Assembly: GCA_964016885.1 (NCBI GenBank) | Contig: OZ024746.1 | Span: 35,216,001 to 35,280,000 of the forward strand | Length of the DNA stretch: 64,000 bases | Direction: 5' to 3' | Source of the DNA: Eledone cirrhosa | Taxonomy: Eukaryota | Part shown: positions 24,897-37,613 of the stretch, in pieces | Layout: the number at the start of each line of letters is the position of its first letter | How positions within the stretch are numbered: the first letter of the stretch is position 1 | The notes under the pieces: generated by a model | What the model saw: only the letters and a program-made list of their open reading frames with translations | What the model was told of the DNA's origin: nothing | Databases searched by the model: none | Translations under genes and position numbers: made by a program

Positions 24897-25690
24897 AGAG
24901 TATTGAAGTTTGCTTGAAGCATTGTGGTATAATAAGGTAAATTTATTAAAGTCGTTTGGAAGCCTCGACAATGCAGAAGGGTAAATCTCCGGGTAACAAG
25001 ATCCGGTGGTGGAGAGAGAGAGATGTAAGTGGGTGTACGTTGAGATGCGTGGCGTGTATAAGACTGTAGCGTGTAGAGGAATGTAGGAAAGAGCGTAAAG
25101 GATAAAAATAAAAATAACAACACGAGATAGAGTTACCTTGGGAGAGATTTAATTGTCCCTATATATTTCGGATTCACATCCATCAACTGGGGTTTTTTCC
25201 GGGGAGGGGGGGGGTTGTCTGTCGGAAAGGTGCGAAACGTGTCCTCCGCTGTTCGTTGTTTTGAATATCTGAGGTATTCAGCAGAGAGCGCGTGCGCGTG
25301 AAATGGGGTCGGTCAAGCAGAGGTCAGCGGCCGAAGTAGTTCTTTCAATTTTGGGAGTGGGGTGGCGCTAGTTGTCAGTCCATAGTATTCTCTGCCTGTT
25401 TGGTGAATGTTACTGTGTGTACGTGTGTGCGTGTGTTGTTGCCTTGTTCCTTTGTATTGGCAGTGTAGTATGTTCGTATGGTGGAATGCTACTGTGTGTG
25501 TGTGCGTGTGTTGCTGTCTTGCTTGCGTGTGTGTGTGTGCGTGTGTTTCTGCATCGTTTGTTAACTTAAACCAACCACCTCATTTCGCTTCTCTCGGATT
25601 GGTTGTTTAATTGTGGCCCTAGGCGTTTGAACCAAAGTGCTTCCTTGATACGTAATGTGCCGACGTTTCTTTCTGTCGCTAGAATTGTGT
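24895..25690 (-). mobile_element. 3' remnant of a second Penelope-like element (GIY-YIG C-terminus + 3' UTR)
   Basis: 25690->25566 reads TILATERNVGTLRIKEALWFKRLGPQLNNQSE, the L.IKEAL.I....P.LN pattern of PLE GIY-YIG tails. Followed by a CA-rich UTR, a hammerhead-like motif (25157-25192) and (TA)n. Confidence 0.75.
25157..25192 (-). ncRNA. Hammerhead-like motif with altered core
   Basis: ccc-CAGUUGA-u-gga ugugaa ucc-GAAA-uaua-UA-ggg. Stems are intact, but the core has two substitutions relative to CUGAUGA. Confidence 0.5.
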
Positions 25691-25700
25691 TTATATATAT

Positions 25701-25890
25701 ATAATTGTTTCTACTTTTTGGCACAAGGCCAGCAATTATCCAGTGCATTACTGGTACTTTATTTTATCGACCCCGTAAGGATGAAAGGCAAAGTTAACCT
25801 CGGCGGGATTTGAACTCAGAATGGCAAAGACCGTAACTCTATGCGTCAAAGCATGGCGTCCGACCCTCTACCGATACTGCCAATCCATCC
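25701..25890 (-). mobile_element. Major tRNA-derived SINE, full length
   Basis: Reverse complement of the SINE consensus seen at 12209 and 40073. Confidence 0.9.
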
Positions 25891-26149
25891 ATATATATAA
25901 TACGTGTACGTATGTGTCTGCAGTGTCATGTCAAATTTGTGTGTTTAAATTTAATATGAAAATTAATAAAATAGTATAGCTTATGCAGTAAAACGTACTA
26001 ACGCGGACACAAGAATTTAAGAAATAAGAATTTAAGAAAGTATGACTTTATGCATATGTGTGTAGGCATATGTGTGCATATATTGTCATCGTATGAACAC
26101 TATAGAAAATATAATGAAATCCACATACGTACACACACCTAGACGAATA

Positions 26150-26626
<477 letters not shown>

Positions 26627-27098
26627 TTATATGCGTGTGTGTGTGCGTATGCGTGCGTATGCGTGCGTATGCACATTCGTATATATATAACATGTTTGCA
26701 CATATATGTGTGTGTGCCTAAGTGTAGGTATATATATATACATAGAGATAGATAAATAGATGTGTATATATATATATATGCATATATACAAGCATTTCAA
26801 CATACGCAGATAGCTAACATATACTTCTTCATGTGTGATTATAATGATGAGTCTGTGTATATAGTGACATAGGTACAGACAAGGTTTTCCATACGTTTTG
26901 CTGATATATGACAGGTAGTCAATATTGGTATTTCTCAAAGACGGTAAGAACTGGCATCTTAACAATGACATATAGACAATAGCTGCATTATAAAATTGGA
27001 AGAATATCGTAATGAAAGAGGAAAACAACCTACAGACCACAACAAGACTGCGAAGCAAGTTATCTCTTTACTTATCTCTAACATTATATATATTTTTT

Positions 27099-27199
<101 letters not shown>

Positions 27200-27491
27200 A
27201 TGGTATATATATATACCTACCTCAAAATTTTGTGTGTATGGGAATGGGGCAATTGATTAGGCATGTACATATATATATATATACATGTGTGCGTGTGTAT
27301 GTGCATAACTAGCAGTAGCACTAAAGCAGCGTTAAGCAAAATAGGGAGGTATATTAAAATGTATTCAGTAAGTTTGTATACAATAAACATATGGGTGCTG
27401 CACTATGAAAGAAAATATATTTTCGCTACGAAAAATTATTTTTCTCATTTCTTCTGTGAACTCGTAACAGATATGTCTGCAGCACTCGAGA

Positions 27492-27540
27492 ATGCTAAAC
27501 ATTATTGTTTCAAGATTCATTAATCTCTCATCAGTGACAT
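27492..27540 (-). ncRNA. Type I hammerhead ribozyme candidate in a microsatellite-flanked island (~27310-27665)
   Basis: auguca-CUGAUGA-gagauu aaug aaucuu-GAAA-ca auaa ug-UU-uagcau. Intact core, 6-bp stem II, closed stem III, GUU site, one stem I mismatch. Confidence 0.72.
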
Positions 27541-27679
27541 TTCCTCAACAGATACGGACATGGAACTAGAAAATTTCGGGCGATGAACATTTGCTGGGAA
27601 TTTTCATCTTTATATAGCATTTATAAACATCGGCTGGCAATGCTCATTTGCGAACTTGGCTCATTAATATATGTATATG

Positions 27680-27803
<124 letters not shown>

Positions 27804-27901
27804 GTGAGTAAAATCGAAGTTGCAGTATCTGGCTAGCATCCAGCGAAAGAACAATGTTCGGAAGCATATATATATATATACATGTGTGTGTGTGTGCGTG
27901 T

Positions 27902-27950
<49 letters not shown>

Positions 27951-27954
<4 letters not shown>

Positions 27955-28333
27955 TAAGAGGAATTCCAACTTTGTCTGATTTACTCGTTTTATTTACAAT
28001 CCTTTAAAATATATAATGGTATTATAATGAAATAGTATGATAGAATATTAAATTCTAAGTGTTAATTGAACAAGTACTTTCATGCTTTCGCAATCTTCGG
28101 GTTCATAATATGTGGTGACAGTCAAGTTTGCCATTTTCAACTGTTGAAAATTGCAAACTTGACTGTCACCACATATTATGAACCTGAAGATTGCGAAAGC
28201 ATGAAAGTACTTGTTCAATTAACACTTAGAATTTAATATTCTATCATACTATTTCATTATAATACCATTATATATGTTAAAGGATTGTAAATAAAACGGG
28301 TAAATCAGACAAAGTTGGAATTCCTCTTATTAA
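27951..28333. repeat. Palindrome with 191-bp arms centred on 28142
   Basis: ttaataagaggaattcc...ttttcaac-t-gttgaaaa...ggaattcctcttattaa, about 4 mismatches. The right arm continues uniquely to ~28379, then (TA)n. Confidence 0.95.
28179..28217 (+). ncRNA. Minimal type I hammerhead (mirror copy on the minus strand at 28067-28105 has U4->C)
   Basis: ugaac-CUGAAGA-u ugc gaaa gca u-GAAA-guac-UU-guuca. 5-bp stem I, GNRA-capped stem II, palindromic stem III. Confidence 0.75.
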
Positions 28334-28380
28334 TATAATCTTCTATACACAATCATACACACCGTGTATATTTACCTATC

Positions 28381-28413
<33 letters not shown>

Positions 28414-28840
28414 ATGTATGTATGTGAGTGTTTATATATATATATATATAGTTAAGAAAGTGACACCATGAATAAAACGACTAAGTGTATGTGGCAATAG
28501 TTTATGACCACAATCATAAATACAAACACAGAAAGAGAGTGGTAGATAGAGATATGTATGTATTTATTAATTTTATAATCTTTATATATATATGGAACCA
28601 ATAAAAGAGCCTCTCTTCACCAGGTAGACTCTTTTGCCAGTTCACAGGGACATTAAATATAACGACTTAAATATGCTTTAATTAAGGCTCTCTCAATGAA
28701 TAAGCCGAAGGTCATGTTCTAAATGTCCAATTAATGGTTTGCGTTCAAATTCATTTGTGCTAGTTCTTAATGTTATACATATAAAATAACTTCTATTACA
28801 ACGCAGATAGGAATTTAATCAATTGTACCGTACCAAAGAA

Positions 28841-28968
28841 GGCGGCGAATTGGCAGAATCTTTAGAGCATCAGATAGAATGCTTTGCAGTGTTCGTTGAG
28901 GTTCTCTGCTCTTTGCATTCAAATCCCGCCAAGGTCAACTTTTCCTTTCATCCATTTGAGGTCGATAC
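28841..28968 (+). mobile_element. Degenerate SINE head
   Basis: ggcggcgaattggcagaatc...ttcaaatcccgccaaggtcaacttttcctttcatcc. Confidence 0.75.
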
Positions 28969-29049
28969 AATAGTATCATTCAAATCCTTCCTATTTATCT
29001 CTTTCTTACTTCAATTCTCTCACACTCTATCATTCACTGGTTGAAATCT

Positions 29050-31130
29050 GCTGTATTCAGACCCGGAGAAGAGATGGGCTCCACCAGGATTTAAAATGCC
29101 CTAGAAACGCCGTATGTCAGTACGGTGTCCCTACGACACCATCGGGAGGTATGGGGCCATCCAACAATCCATCCTAACCAGTATTTGTTAAATAATTTCT
29201 TCTCTAATGCAATAATAATTATTCTTTCTTACTCTTTCAGTTTCTTAATGTGCTCTTGCCCATTATATGTTATTTGTGGTTTCTGGTAGGCTAATCTGCT
29301 GGAATAAAAATTCTGCCAGTCCCGGCTATCAACCTTGCTTCTATTATCTAGTGCTGTAAGTGTTCTTCCCCTATTTCCCAACTCTTCAATTTTGTCTCAG
29401 ATATTGCCCATGTAATTTTGTTTCTTACTATTTCTTCATCATGTCAGTTCCATTGGACTAGTCTATTTCTGCTAGAGATGGGAAGTTTCCAGCTATTTTC
29501 CATCAATTAGTGTGTCCTTTGTTATTTTCGGATAATATTTTATTCAATATCTATGATATTTTTACATATTCTAACCTTTTAGCCATACTATTATTATTTC
29601 CTTTCGCCTTCCAATTAGTCGGGGTTTATTTCTCTTTTTTGGGGGGAGGGTAGCATATATGCGAAATTTTGAATTGATGTATTTATGAATATTGAATTGA
29701 TGTATTCATTGTTTTGAGCAATCTCAACCCTAGTAATTCCTTCTCTAACCAAACACCTGCACTTTCCAGCATATCTTAATTTCTCTTGGTGTTGATGTTG
29801 CATATATGCTGTTATTTTAAGTATTTCTTGATAAAATCGTTTTGGGTTGAAGTGGAACTGTTTATTTATTCAAAGATTTCGTGTCGCATTTCATGTCGAC
29901 AATATCTCTTATATTTCTTAAATATTTCTTGTTTCAGACGTCCTATGATTTCTGCTACTATGTCATATATGTCAATATTATTTATGTAATAGTTGTCCAT
30001 TATTTATTAATTGAACTTTTTTTCTTTCTATTTTTTGCTTGCTATTTCCATTTTGGAGTATTTGTTCATATTCACATATTAGCAAACATAAGTGACTACC
30101 ATTTTCCTCTGTAACCATTATACACCTGCTTCATATAATATTTTGTTTAAGCAGATGATATTGAAGTTCGTGACTGATTTATTTATGTATAAGATGGTCA
30201 AATGTGCGTTTTGTTTTAACTTTTTTTTATATTACTGTTACTGCTAATTCTGTTGTTCCTCTGCTATTTCCTCTTTCAGTTTTATCTGTAGAATGTACTT
30301 TATTCGGGCAAAGATCTATTAATTTTAATTCCACCTATAGATTAACTCTGTCATTCCTATCATTATAAACACATCTTTTTCCTATTTATTTATTCATATT
30401 TTCGTTTGTGTGGTTCTGTTTAGGCATTTGTTTATATTTGTATAGCAGGTATTTATGATTTGATCGGGATTTGATATTTTCATTTTATTTTATTTCATGT
30501 CATTTATTCATTTATTTATCTGTTTATTTGCACACATTATGTCTACCTTTGAGATTTACATTCTGGATATTGTTTTTCATGTTTTCTTCGGTGTTTGAAT
30601 TTTGATCGTTATTCTTCATTTTGTATTCTCTTTTTAATCGCTTAGATTCTTTATATGTTTGAGCTATGAGAATATATTGGTCTATGATATATGAGCGGGA
30701 GTTAAGTACTTTGTTTTGAATGGAATACTTCTTTGGGATCATGTCTATTTCTTTCCGAAACTCTATCCGAATATATTGTTAGTTTCCTTTTTGGACTAAA
30801 GTGACTGTAATATATACATAGAGCAACATAATGGCTTTACTGCATTCTATTCACAAGATTGGGATGTGATATATTGCTTTTTATTTAGATAGTCATCACT
30901 TTAGTCAGGTACCAGTTTATTTGTTTCTTGCGATGCCGAGTTTTGCACACAATAATTTTCCATAGCTTTTATTTATCAAACACAACATATATGTTCTTTC
31001 AACATTTGACACAATATAAAATCAATCCGAATCTTTGCAATATTTTCTTTCTGATTTGATTCATTGGACTTTTTGTCATTTGTCAACATTTCATCGGTGT
31101 TAAAGTATATTTTTCTTAGAAATGATATAC
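29050..31130 (-). mobile_element. Possible highly decayed LINE sequence
   Basis: Strongly T-skewed plus strand with scattered APE-like peptides on the minus strand (QET-, FN- and TEENG-like). No continuous frame. Confidence 0.25.
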
Positions 31131-31399
31131 GCTGTCTAACATATTCAATGACCAAATGTTTTCTCCCTCCTGTACATTTTACTTAGTGTGTAACTTAAAA
31201 TCTGATTAATGAGGAAGTCGACAACGTTCCACTGAATTTGTTAAAAGGTTGATGAGTTCGGCGGAAATGGTTCAGATGAATGGCGGCAATCTCAACATGC
31301 CGCTATAAAACATCTGGAAGAGCCTCTTTTGCTACAGCCACCAGACAGTGGAAAACTGACAGCACTTCCCAGCGAAACGAAGGCAGTGGGGCGATTTTC

Positions 31400-31830
31400 A
31401 CGAAATGGCTGAATACATATTTTCCCCTTCAGCCAAGCTCTCATCAACCTTTTTTTAAATTCCACTAGGAAAGGAAGGTGACAGTGGAGAGGAAAGTACT
31501 GCTACCCCTTCTCAATTATATTTATTGAAAGTGGCTGAATGTAGGGAAGATGGCCCGAGTGAATGAGCCTACTCTGAATATGCGCCTATAACATAAAGAG
31601 TTTAGAGAAAAGACTGGCACGATCCTAGGATGCTCTTTGAGATTAGGGTAGTTTATGATCGTTGGGATTCCTAATTTACCCGTGGGCGGTACCCCCCCCC
31701 ACACCCACCCACTGGGAAATATTTATCATTACCATTGTATTGTTTATGATGATCTATTTTATTTTTGTACGCGCTCTGTCCCTGTTTTTGTAATGCCCTC
31801 TATATGTAGGCCCTTGAGGCCGATAAAAAA
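31400..31830 (+). mobile_element. 3' end of a Tx1/L1-like LINE
   Basis: ttttttaaattccactaggaaaggaaggtgacagtggagagg aligns by eye to 36064-36106. Tail gcccttgaggccgataaaaaa resembles 36390-36410. Confidence 0.6.
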
Positions 31831-31867
31831 ATTATTGTTATTATCATTTTTATTTTCTTTCATTATT

Positions 31868-32899
31868 GTTTCTGAGATATATGCCGAGTGTCTTCCTGAC
31901 ACCTAGGGCAAATAAATTTCCAGTGTGCATTGGTAAGCGAGTTTATACAGCACATTGATTATAAAAAAAAAAAACAACAGTATACATATATACACATGTG
32001 CATATGCATATGTAAATACAAGGGGGGATATCCATCTTACAGAGATAGTGCTCTTCTCCATACGTGTGCTGTACCAGTCAAAACAATTTTTTGCACCTCG
32101 TGCAGAGAGAGTAAACCAAGAATCATTCCCAAATATTGTTCTGTTCCTTTCTTGATCATTCCCAGTCCTCCCACAATCACTGGTATTGTAACGGCCTTGA
32201 GGTGCCACATTTTCTCAATTTCAATAAGTAAATCTTTATATTTTCGTAGCTTGTCAAATTCGTTTGCCGCGATATTGTGATCACATGGGAGGCTCATATC
32301 TATCAATAAACAGACCTTATTATGTTGATCTTTTACAATGATCTCAGGTCTATTTGCTTTTATGGTCCTGTCAGTATATACAGGAAAGTCCCAGAGAATT
32401 GTAATTTTTCTCCTTCAGTTACAGCCTCAGGGTGATGATTGTACCACTTGTCTTCAGCTTTGATTTTGTAATGCCGACATATTACCCAGTGTAGATATTG
32501 ACCAACTTTGTCATGGCTATATTTGTATTCTACTGGTACTAGACCTTTACATCCAGAGACTAAATGATCCACTCTTTCAACCTCAGCATTGTAGAATCGG
32601 CACTTTGGGTTTATTCGATTTCTCATCACATTGACCTGGTAATTACGAGTCAATAAACTTTGATATTGGGCAGCTAAGATGAATCCTTCACTCTCCGCCT
32701 TTAGCCCTGAACTACGTAGCCACTGATGGGTGTGCTTTTGGTCAACATTAGTTTGTTTGCTACGGGCCACATATTTGCCATGCAGAGGTTTCTGCTCCCA
32801 CTTTGATGCTAATTGTCCTTGCCCTTTTGCTTTTGCCAGTGATATTATGTGCCTAGCAGCATCAGTTGCAACAGTTTCTTTAGTCTGTCCAGCTCGGGT
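31868..32899 (-). mobile_element. R4/Dong-clade non-LTR element, 5'-truncated (copy A)
   Basis: WEQKPLHGKY, LKAESEGFILAAQ, CCHC-like CR.....DHLVSGC, LWDF..TDR.IKANRP, KLRKYKDL..EIEKMW, IPVIVGGLG, VQKIVLTGTAHV. 3' UTR ends in ATT-rich sequence. Confidence 0.85.
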
Positions 32900-32930
32900 A
32901 TAATTATTATTATTATTATTATTATTATTA

Positions 32931-34185
32931 CAGCTGCATTTACCTTGCTTTATGTTCATGCGAGTTATCACCAAGTCACAACCAGTGACCTCAGGAGACA
33001 ACAAGGTCCGCCATGTTCAAGAAAGAACATACATACACACATATGCATTTTTAGGTGTTTAGACTTGTGATGTACTTATATTGACAGAATCTTCCTTAGT
33101 ATATGGGCAGTTCCCATTATTACTATCTTTTCTATTTCTCCTATACGCGGGTTTCCTGGGATTTGCGATAAGTAATCATTAGACCTCTTAGGTATCATTC
33201 CTAGAGCACCTACAACCACTGGTATTGCTTATTCTCAATTTCCACATTTTTCGAATTTCTATCTCCAGGTCCTTATACTTGCTCAATTTTTCAAATGTTT
33301 TTAGAGATACATTCTTGTCTATTGGAACGGTCATATCAATTAGCAGGCATACCCTCTTTTTAAAGTCCTTCAGTATTTTATCACGTCTATTTGCATCTAC
33401 TTGGATGCTAAAGTTCCACAAGATTGAGATGTGATCTTTTTCAAGTATGGGAGGTGGTTGATGCTCCTACCAATTCTTTCGATGGGGCAGGTCAAAATAC
33501 TTACACATTATCCAATGGATGTATCGTGCAGCTCTGTCGTGCATGTTTAGGTATTCGGTTGGAGCTATAGGACTGCACATTGAAATTATATGATCAATGG
33601 TCTCTGGTTGTTTTTTACATACACGGCATAATGGGTAGCATCCATTTTTTATTATGTTGGCTTGGTAATTTTTTGTTGGCAGACACTGATCTTGTGCTTA
33701 TATAATCAGTCCTTCAGTCTCCGATTTCAGTCCAGAGGATGCCAACCACTGATGGGTTAAAGTTTTGTCAACATCAGGATTGTTAGCTCCTTCTGGGTGT
33801 TTCCATACAGAGGCTTTTCTTGCCATTTATTAGCTAGTTTCTGTAGCAGTTCTTTCTTTGCCGTTACTTGTACCTGCTTTGCTTTTTCTGTGTTTCCCAT
33901 TTCAGCAGTAAATGGGACTTCTGAAATTTGTAGCCCATTACTGTATCTTTGTGCATCTTTTGTAATGGAGTATGATCTTTTGATGCTTTCGTGTTTCAAA
34001 ACGAGTTTGATCATCCAATCATGTGATTCCCTTAGATATGTTGATAATCCAATTGTTGCAGTTTTCAAAGCAATATCTAACTGGATTAACCCACGTCCTC
34101 CTTCTTTCCTAGGGAGGTATATTCTATCTGTAACTGCCTTAAGGTGCATAGTTAAGAATTTTCTAATTTTTGTATCGAGACTACG
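32931..34185 (-). mobile_element. R4/Dong-clade non-LTR element, 5'-truncated (copy B, different subfamily)
   Basis: MHLKAVTDRIYLPRKEGGRGLIQL, WQEKPLYG, GLKSETEG, CRVC, RHDRAA, KLSKYKDLEIEIRKMW. 3' end abuts (ATT)n at 32900-32930. Confidence 0.85.
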
Positions 34186-34209
34186 GATCTATTATTATTC
34201 GTATTATTG

Positions 34210-34521
34210 TTCGTTGAGTCTCCGTCATTGATGTTAGTTAACTGGAAAGTTTGTTGAAATGCGTATCAAGCCACTACCTGCAGCCTCAGATATTCAGGAT
34301 GTATCGGAGGGTTCTTGCTGTTCCCAGCAAGCATGCCTTTTGAAGCGTTCCAAAAAGCGTGGCGGGGCCAATTTTCTTTAACCATCCCTGGAAACTTTTT
34401 GAGATAGTACCTAGTCCGCCTATGACAATCGGGACCACTTTGACTTCATCGCAGTTCCAAATCCTTTTTACCTCCCACTTTAAGTCCTGGTATCGGTTAA
34501 TTTTCTCCCTCTCCTTCTCTT
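34210..34521 (-). mobile_element. R4/Dong-clade non-LTR element 3' end (copy C)
   Basis: EKINRYQDLKWEVKRIW..VKVVPIVIGGLGTI...LQKACLLGTARTLRYIL. 3' end abuts an ATT tract at ~34190-34210. Confidence 0.8.
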
Positions 34522-36410
34522 GCACTCCTTGATCAATTTACATCAGTCGAAAGCTTTCGATAGAGTCGACCATCGTTATCTGGCGGCAGTCCTGAGGGCG
34601 GCTGGCTTTGGGTCCGTTTTCAGAGGCTGGATCGCTGCCATGCACAGCGACATCTGCTCTGTGGTGAGAGTGAACGGTCATCTTTCGGAACCGTTCAACA
34701 GCATGCGCTCGCTCCGCCAAGGCTGTCCGCTCTCGTCCCTCTTGTACGTATTGACTCTCGAGCCATTACTGCACAAACTGGAGACGTTGAGGGGGGTCCC
34801 GCGCGAACTAGGATGCAGAAGTCCGTGTCAGCATAAGCGGACGATATCTCCGTAGAAGTGTCGAACGCCAAACACATCTGGCGATCGGCACTACACTAAG
34901 AAAATACGAAGCGGTGACAGGAGCAATGATCAACCAGGAAAAGTCGGTGGGCCTGCAGCTGGGCACCTGGAGAGGCAGGTCCATGCCGTCCAACAGCGTC
35001 GTCGGGCGCTGGACAGATGGACCGGTTAAATTGCTAGGGGTCTGGTTCGGTCCGGACCTCCAGACGGACAAAAACTGGGACGAGGTGACGAGTAGGGTGG
35101 CTTCTCTCACCCAGAAATGGGCGGAGAGGAAGCTATCGCTGAAAGGTCGAGCGGAGGTGGCTAACGCGTACATCGAGTCCGTCATCTACTATCACCTGAG
35201 CGTCGTGGCTTTTTCTAAGCCTCGCCTGACTGCGCTGGAGCGTTTCCTCTTTCGCTTTTTGTGGAAGGGAGGCGCCCCAATGGTCAGGCGATCCATCTGC
35301 TGTCAACACCCGCTACGTGGAGGGCTGGGCAAGGCGTGGCTAATGATACGCAGACACGCGCTCAGGCTACGACATCTCCACATCTTCCTCGACGGTGATC
35401 AGGTGTGGTCGCCGGTTGCTAGACGCGTATTTCCTCAGCTCGTCTCCTTGACGGAGCTGCAGTCCTGGGTCAAGCGAAGACCGAGAGGGAGCGCTTGGAA
35501 CCTGGAATGTCTTCAGGCGCTCACAGCCCTCGACCAATCGGGCAATGTGATCGGTGGAAACTCCACCTTGGCGTTCTATAGAGGATTAGTGGAGGCGAAG
35601 AGCGACGATGTACTTGGGGAAACTCTAGGCGTCGACGAAAATCAACTAGCCAATCTCTTCGGAAGAACTTTCGGGCCGGGGCCTATGGACAACTTCCAGA
35701 AATACCTGGCCTGGCAGTGCTACCGAGGGGCTTTGCCAGTTCGGCATAAACTCTACAGGCATGAAAGGCCGTCAGCCGGGCATGTCCGAGATGCGCGCAT
35801 GGCGACGAAACCGTTCTGCACGAACTCGTCCAATGTCCGAGTATTGCTGACTTGGGGGTTTATGTCGAACACCTGCTGTCGCGTGTAGGACGGATCCGGC
35901 TATCAGCTGAGTCCATCGTCAGGATTGCCCCGTACTCTTTCTTTAGCCGGGAAGGGCAGGCATTTTTTATCTGTCTGGTGGCCATGGCGAAATAGATAGT
36001 ATGGTGGACGCATTTGAAAGTTCTGAAGACGAGCAATTACCTCTTCGGTGATGCCCCGTTTAACTTTTTCAAATTTCATTTGAAAAGGAATATCAGAGTA
36101 GAGAGGGAAGTGCCCTTTCCCCAGCATTTTGTTGAAAGATGGGTGAAAGAGGCAATAATTCCCCGAGTATGTGTCTGTAAATTAAAGGTGGAAAACTGGT
36201 GGTCAGGATCACTGTGGCTTTTAATGGGCTTTCTCCACAAATGTCCCTTGGAAGTCTCCCCCCTACTGGGGAATTTTTCATTGTTATTTTTTTGTTACAT
36301 CCTCTGTTTTTGTTTTTTTACACGCAGAAATGCCCTTTTGTACCCTCCTCTATTGTCCTGTACTGTCCTTAATGTCTACTTTATGTAAACCCTTGTGGTT
36401 AATAAAGAAA
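34522..36410 (+). mobile_element. Tx1/L1-like LINE, 5'-truncated within RT, frameshifted
   Basis: QSKAFDRVDH, RQGCPLS, degenerate YADD (gcataagcggacgat), GAMINQEKS, KLLGVWF, LSLKGR, FLWKG, GGLG, GALPV. 3' UTR ends aataaagaaa followed by (ATT)n. Confidence 0.88.
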
Positions 36411-36604
36411 GCATTATTATTATAATTGATTTATTGTTGTTATTATTATTATTGTATTTCGTTTCAAGTAAGTACATGAATTTGCTGAATTTGAGCTTAC
36501 GGTGCCTTTGTTAATGGTAAGATATACTTGACTTGAAAAGTAGCATTACAGGCTCGTTATACACACAGACACATATGCTCACACATATTCTCACTTTCTT
36601 TCAT

Positions 36605-36675
<71 letters not shown>

Positions 36676-37070
36676 GTGTATGTGTGCGTGTGTATGCCGG
36701 GTTCAATCCGGGGTAACCACAATAAGTGGTTTATTTGTTTATATAGTGTATGCATTTTCCTACAGCGATGTTCAACGATATTTTGTCGTACACCTTGAAT
36801 CAACCTGCAAGTTGGTCGAATCCCATATCGTGAAAATGTAATATCCTCCGCATTAGCTCTATAATTCTGTTCCTTATTACAGTGTGGTGTTCGATAAAAC
36901 ATACAATTTCCGTAGTCTCGTGTGTATTTTGCTCTTGCTAAATGTGCTCCGTAAATGATGTAATATTTTCTTCTGGATTGTTTTTATTATATGTCTTTGG
37001 CAGGTATAGTCACTTTGCTTTATCTATCTAACTATCCCTACACCTGTATATGTCTATGTGTGAGTGTTTG

Positions 37071-37613
37071 TATATATATATATATATATAAAGTTGTTGT
37101 TCCTGTCTGTTTGTTCACGAAATCCTCCTATGGTAAGTATATTATATTTTAATCAAAGTGTTCCCCGGGGGCACAAATCCCGCGCTTGCCCCGGCTGAAA
37201 ATGTTTTCCCTTCGATTTATATGAAATTTAAACCATAGGTAAATGACAAATATGATGCCTATTCACAAAATTTAAGATATATTAAGACACCCTAATTGGG
37301 TTTAAACCCCTATAGTGAAAACTTTGGAAGCCCATAAGTTGAGTATTGGAACCTCTATTATCACGGGGTTTTTCTATTAATTAAAGAAAATCAACAAAAA
37401 AAGCACCTCTCTTTTATAGTAAAATTTGGCAAATTTAGAGATTTTATCTATGGCAAAATATCACTAGAATTATGAATTAATTAATGCCTCTACTTCTTTA
37501 ACATTTTTTCTTTATTTTTTTCTCCATAAATCATATCACTGATTTAAAATCAATCATCATTTTCTCACAAAAAAAATGTGTGAAACGCAGCAAGGCGCGG
37601 GAAATTCGGTTAG
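37071..37613 (+). mobile_element. Probable non-autonomous Helitron (different family)
   Basis: 3' end cgcagcaaggcgcgggaaattcggTTAG|T resembles the hairpin + CTAG terminus. 5' tatataaagttg start lies in a TA tract. Confidence 0.5.

Noticed and set aside
31234-31462. Imperfect inverted repeat suggesting a MITE
   Set aside because: The right arm overlaps the Tx1/L1 3' fragment, the match is short and degenerate, and no TSD is visible.
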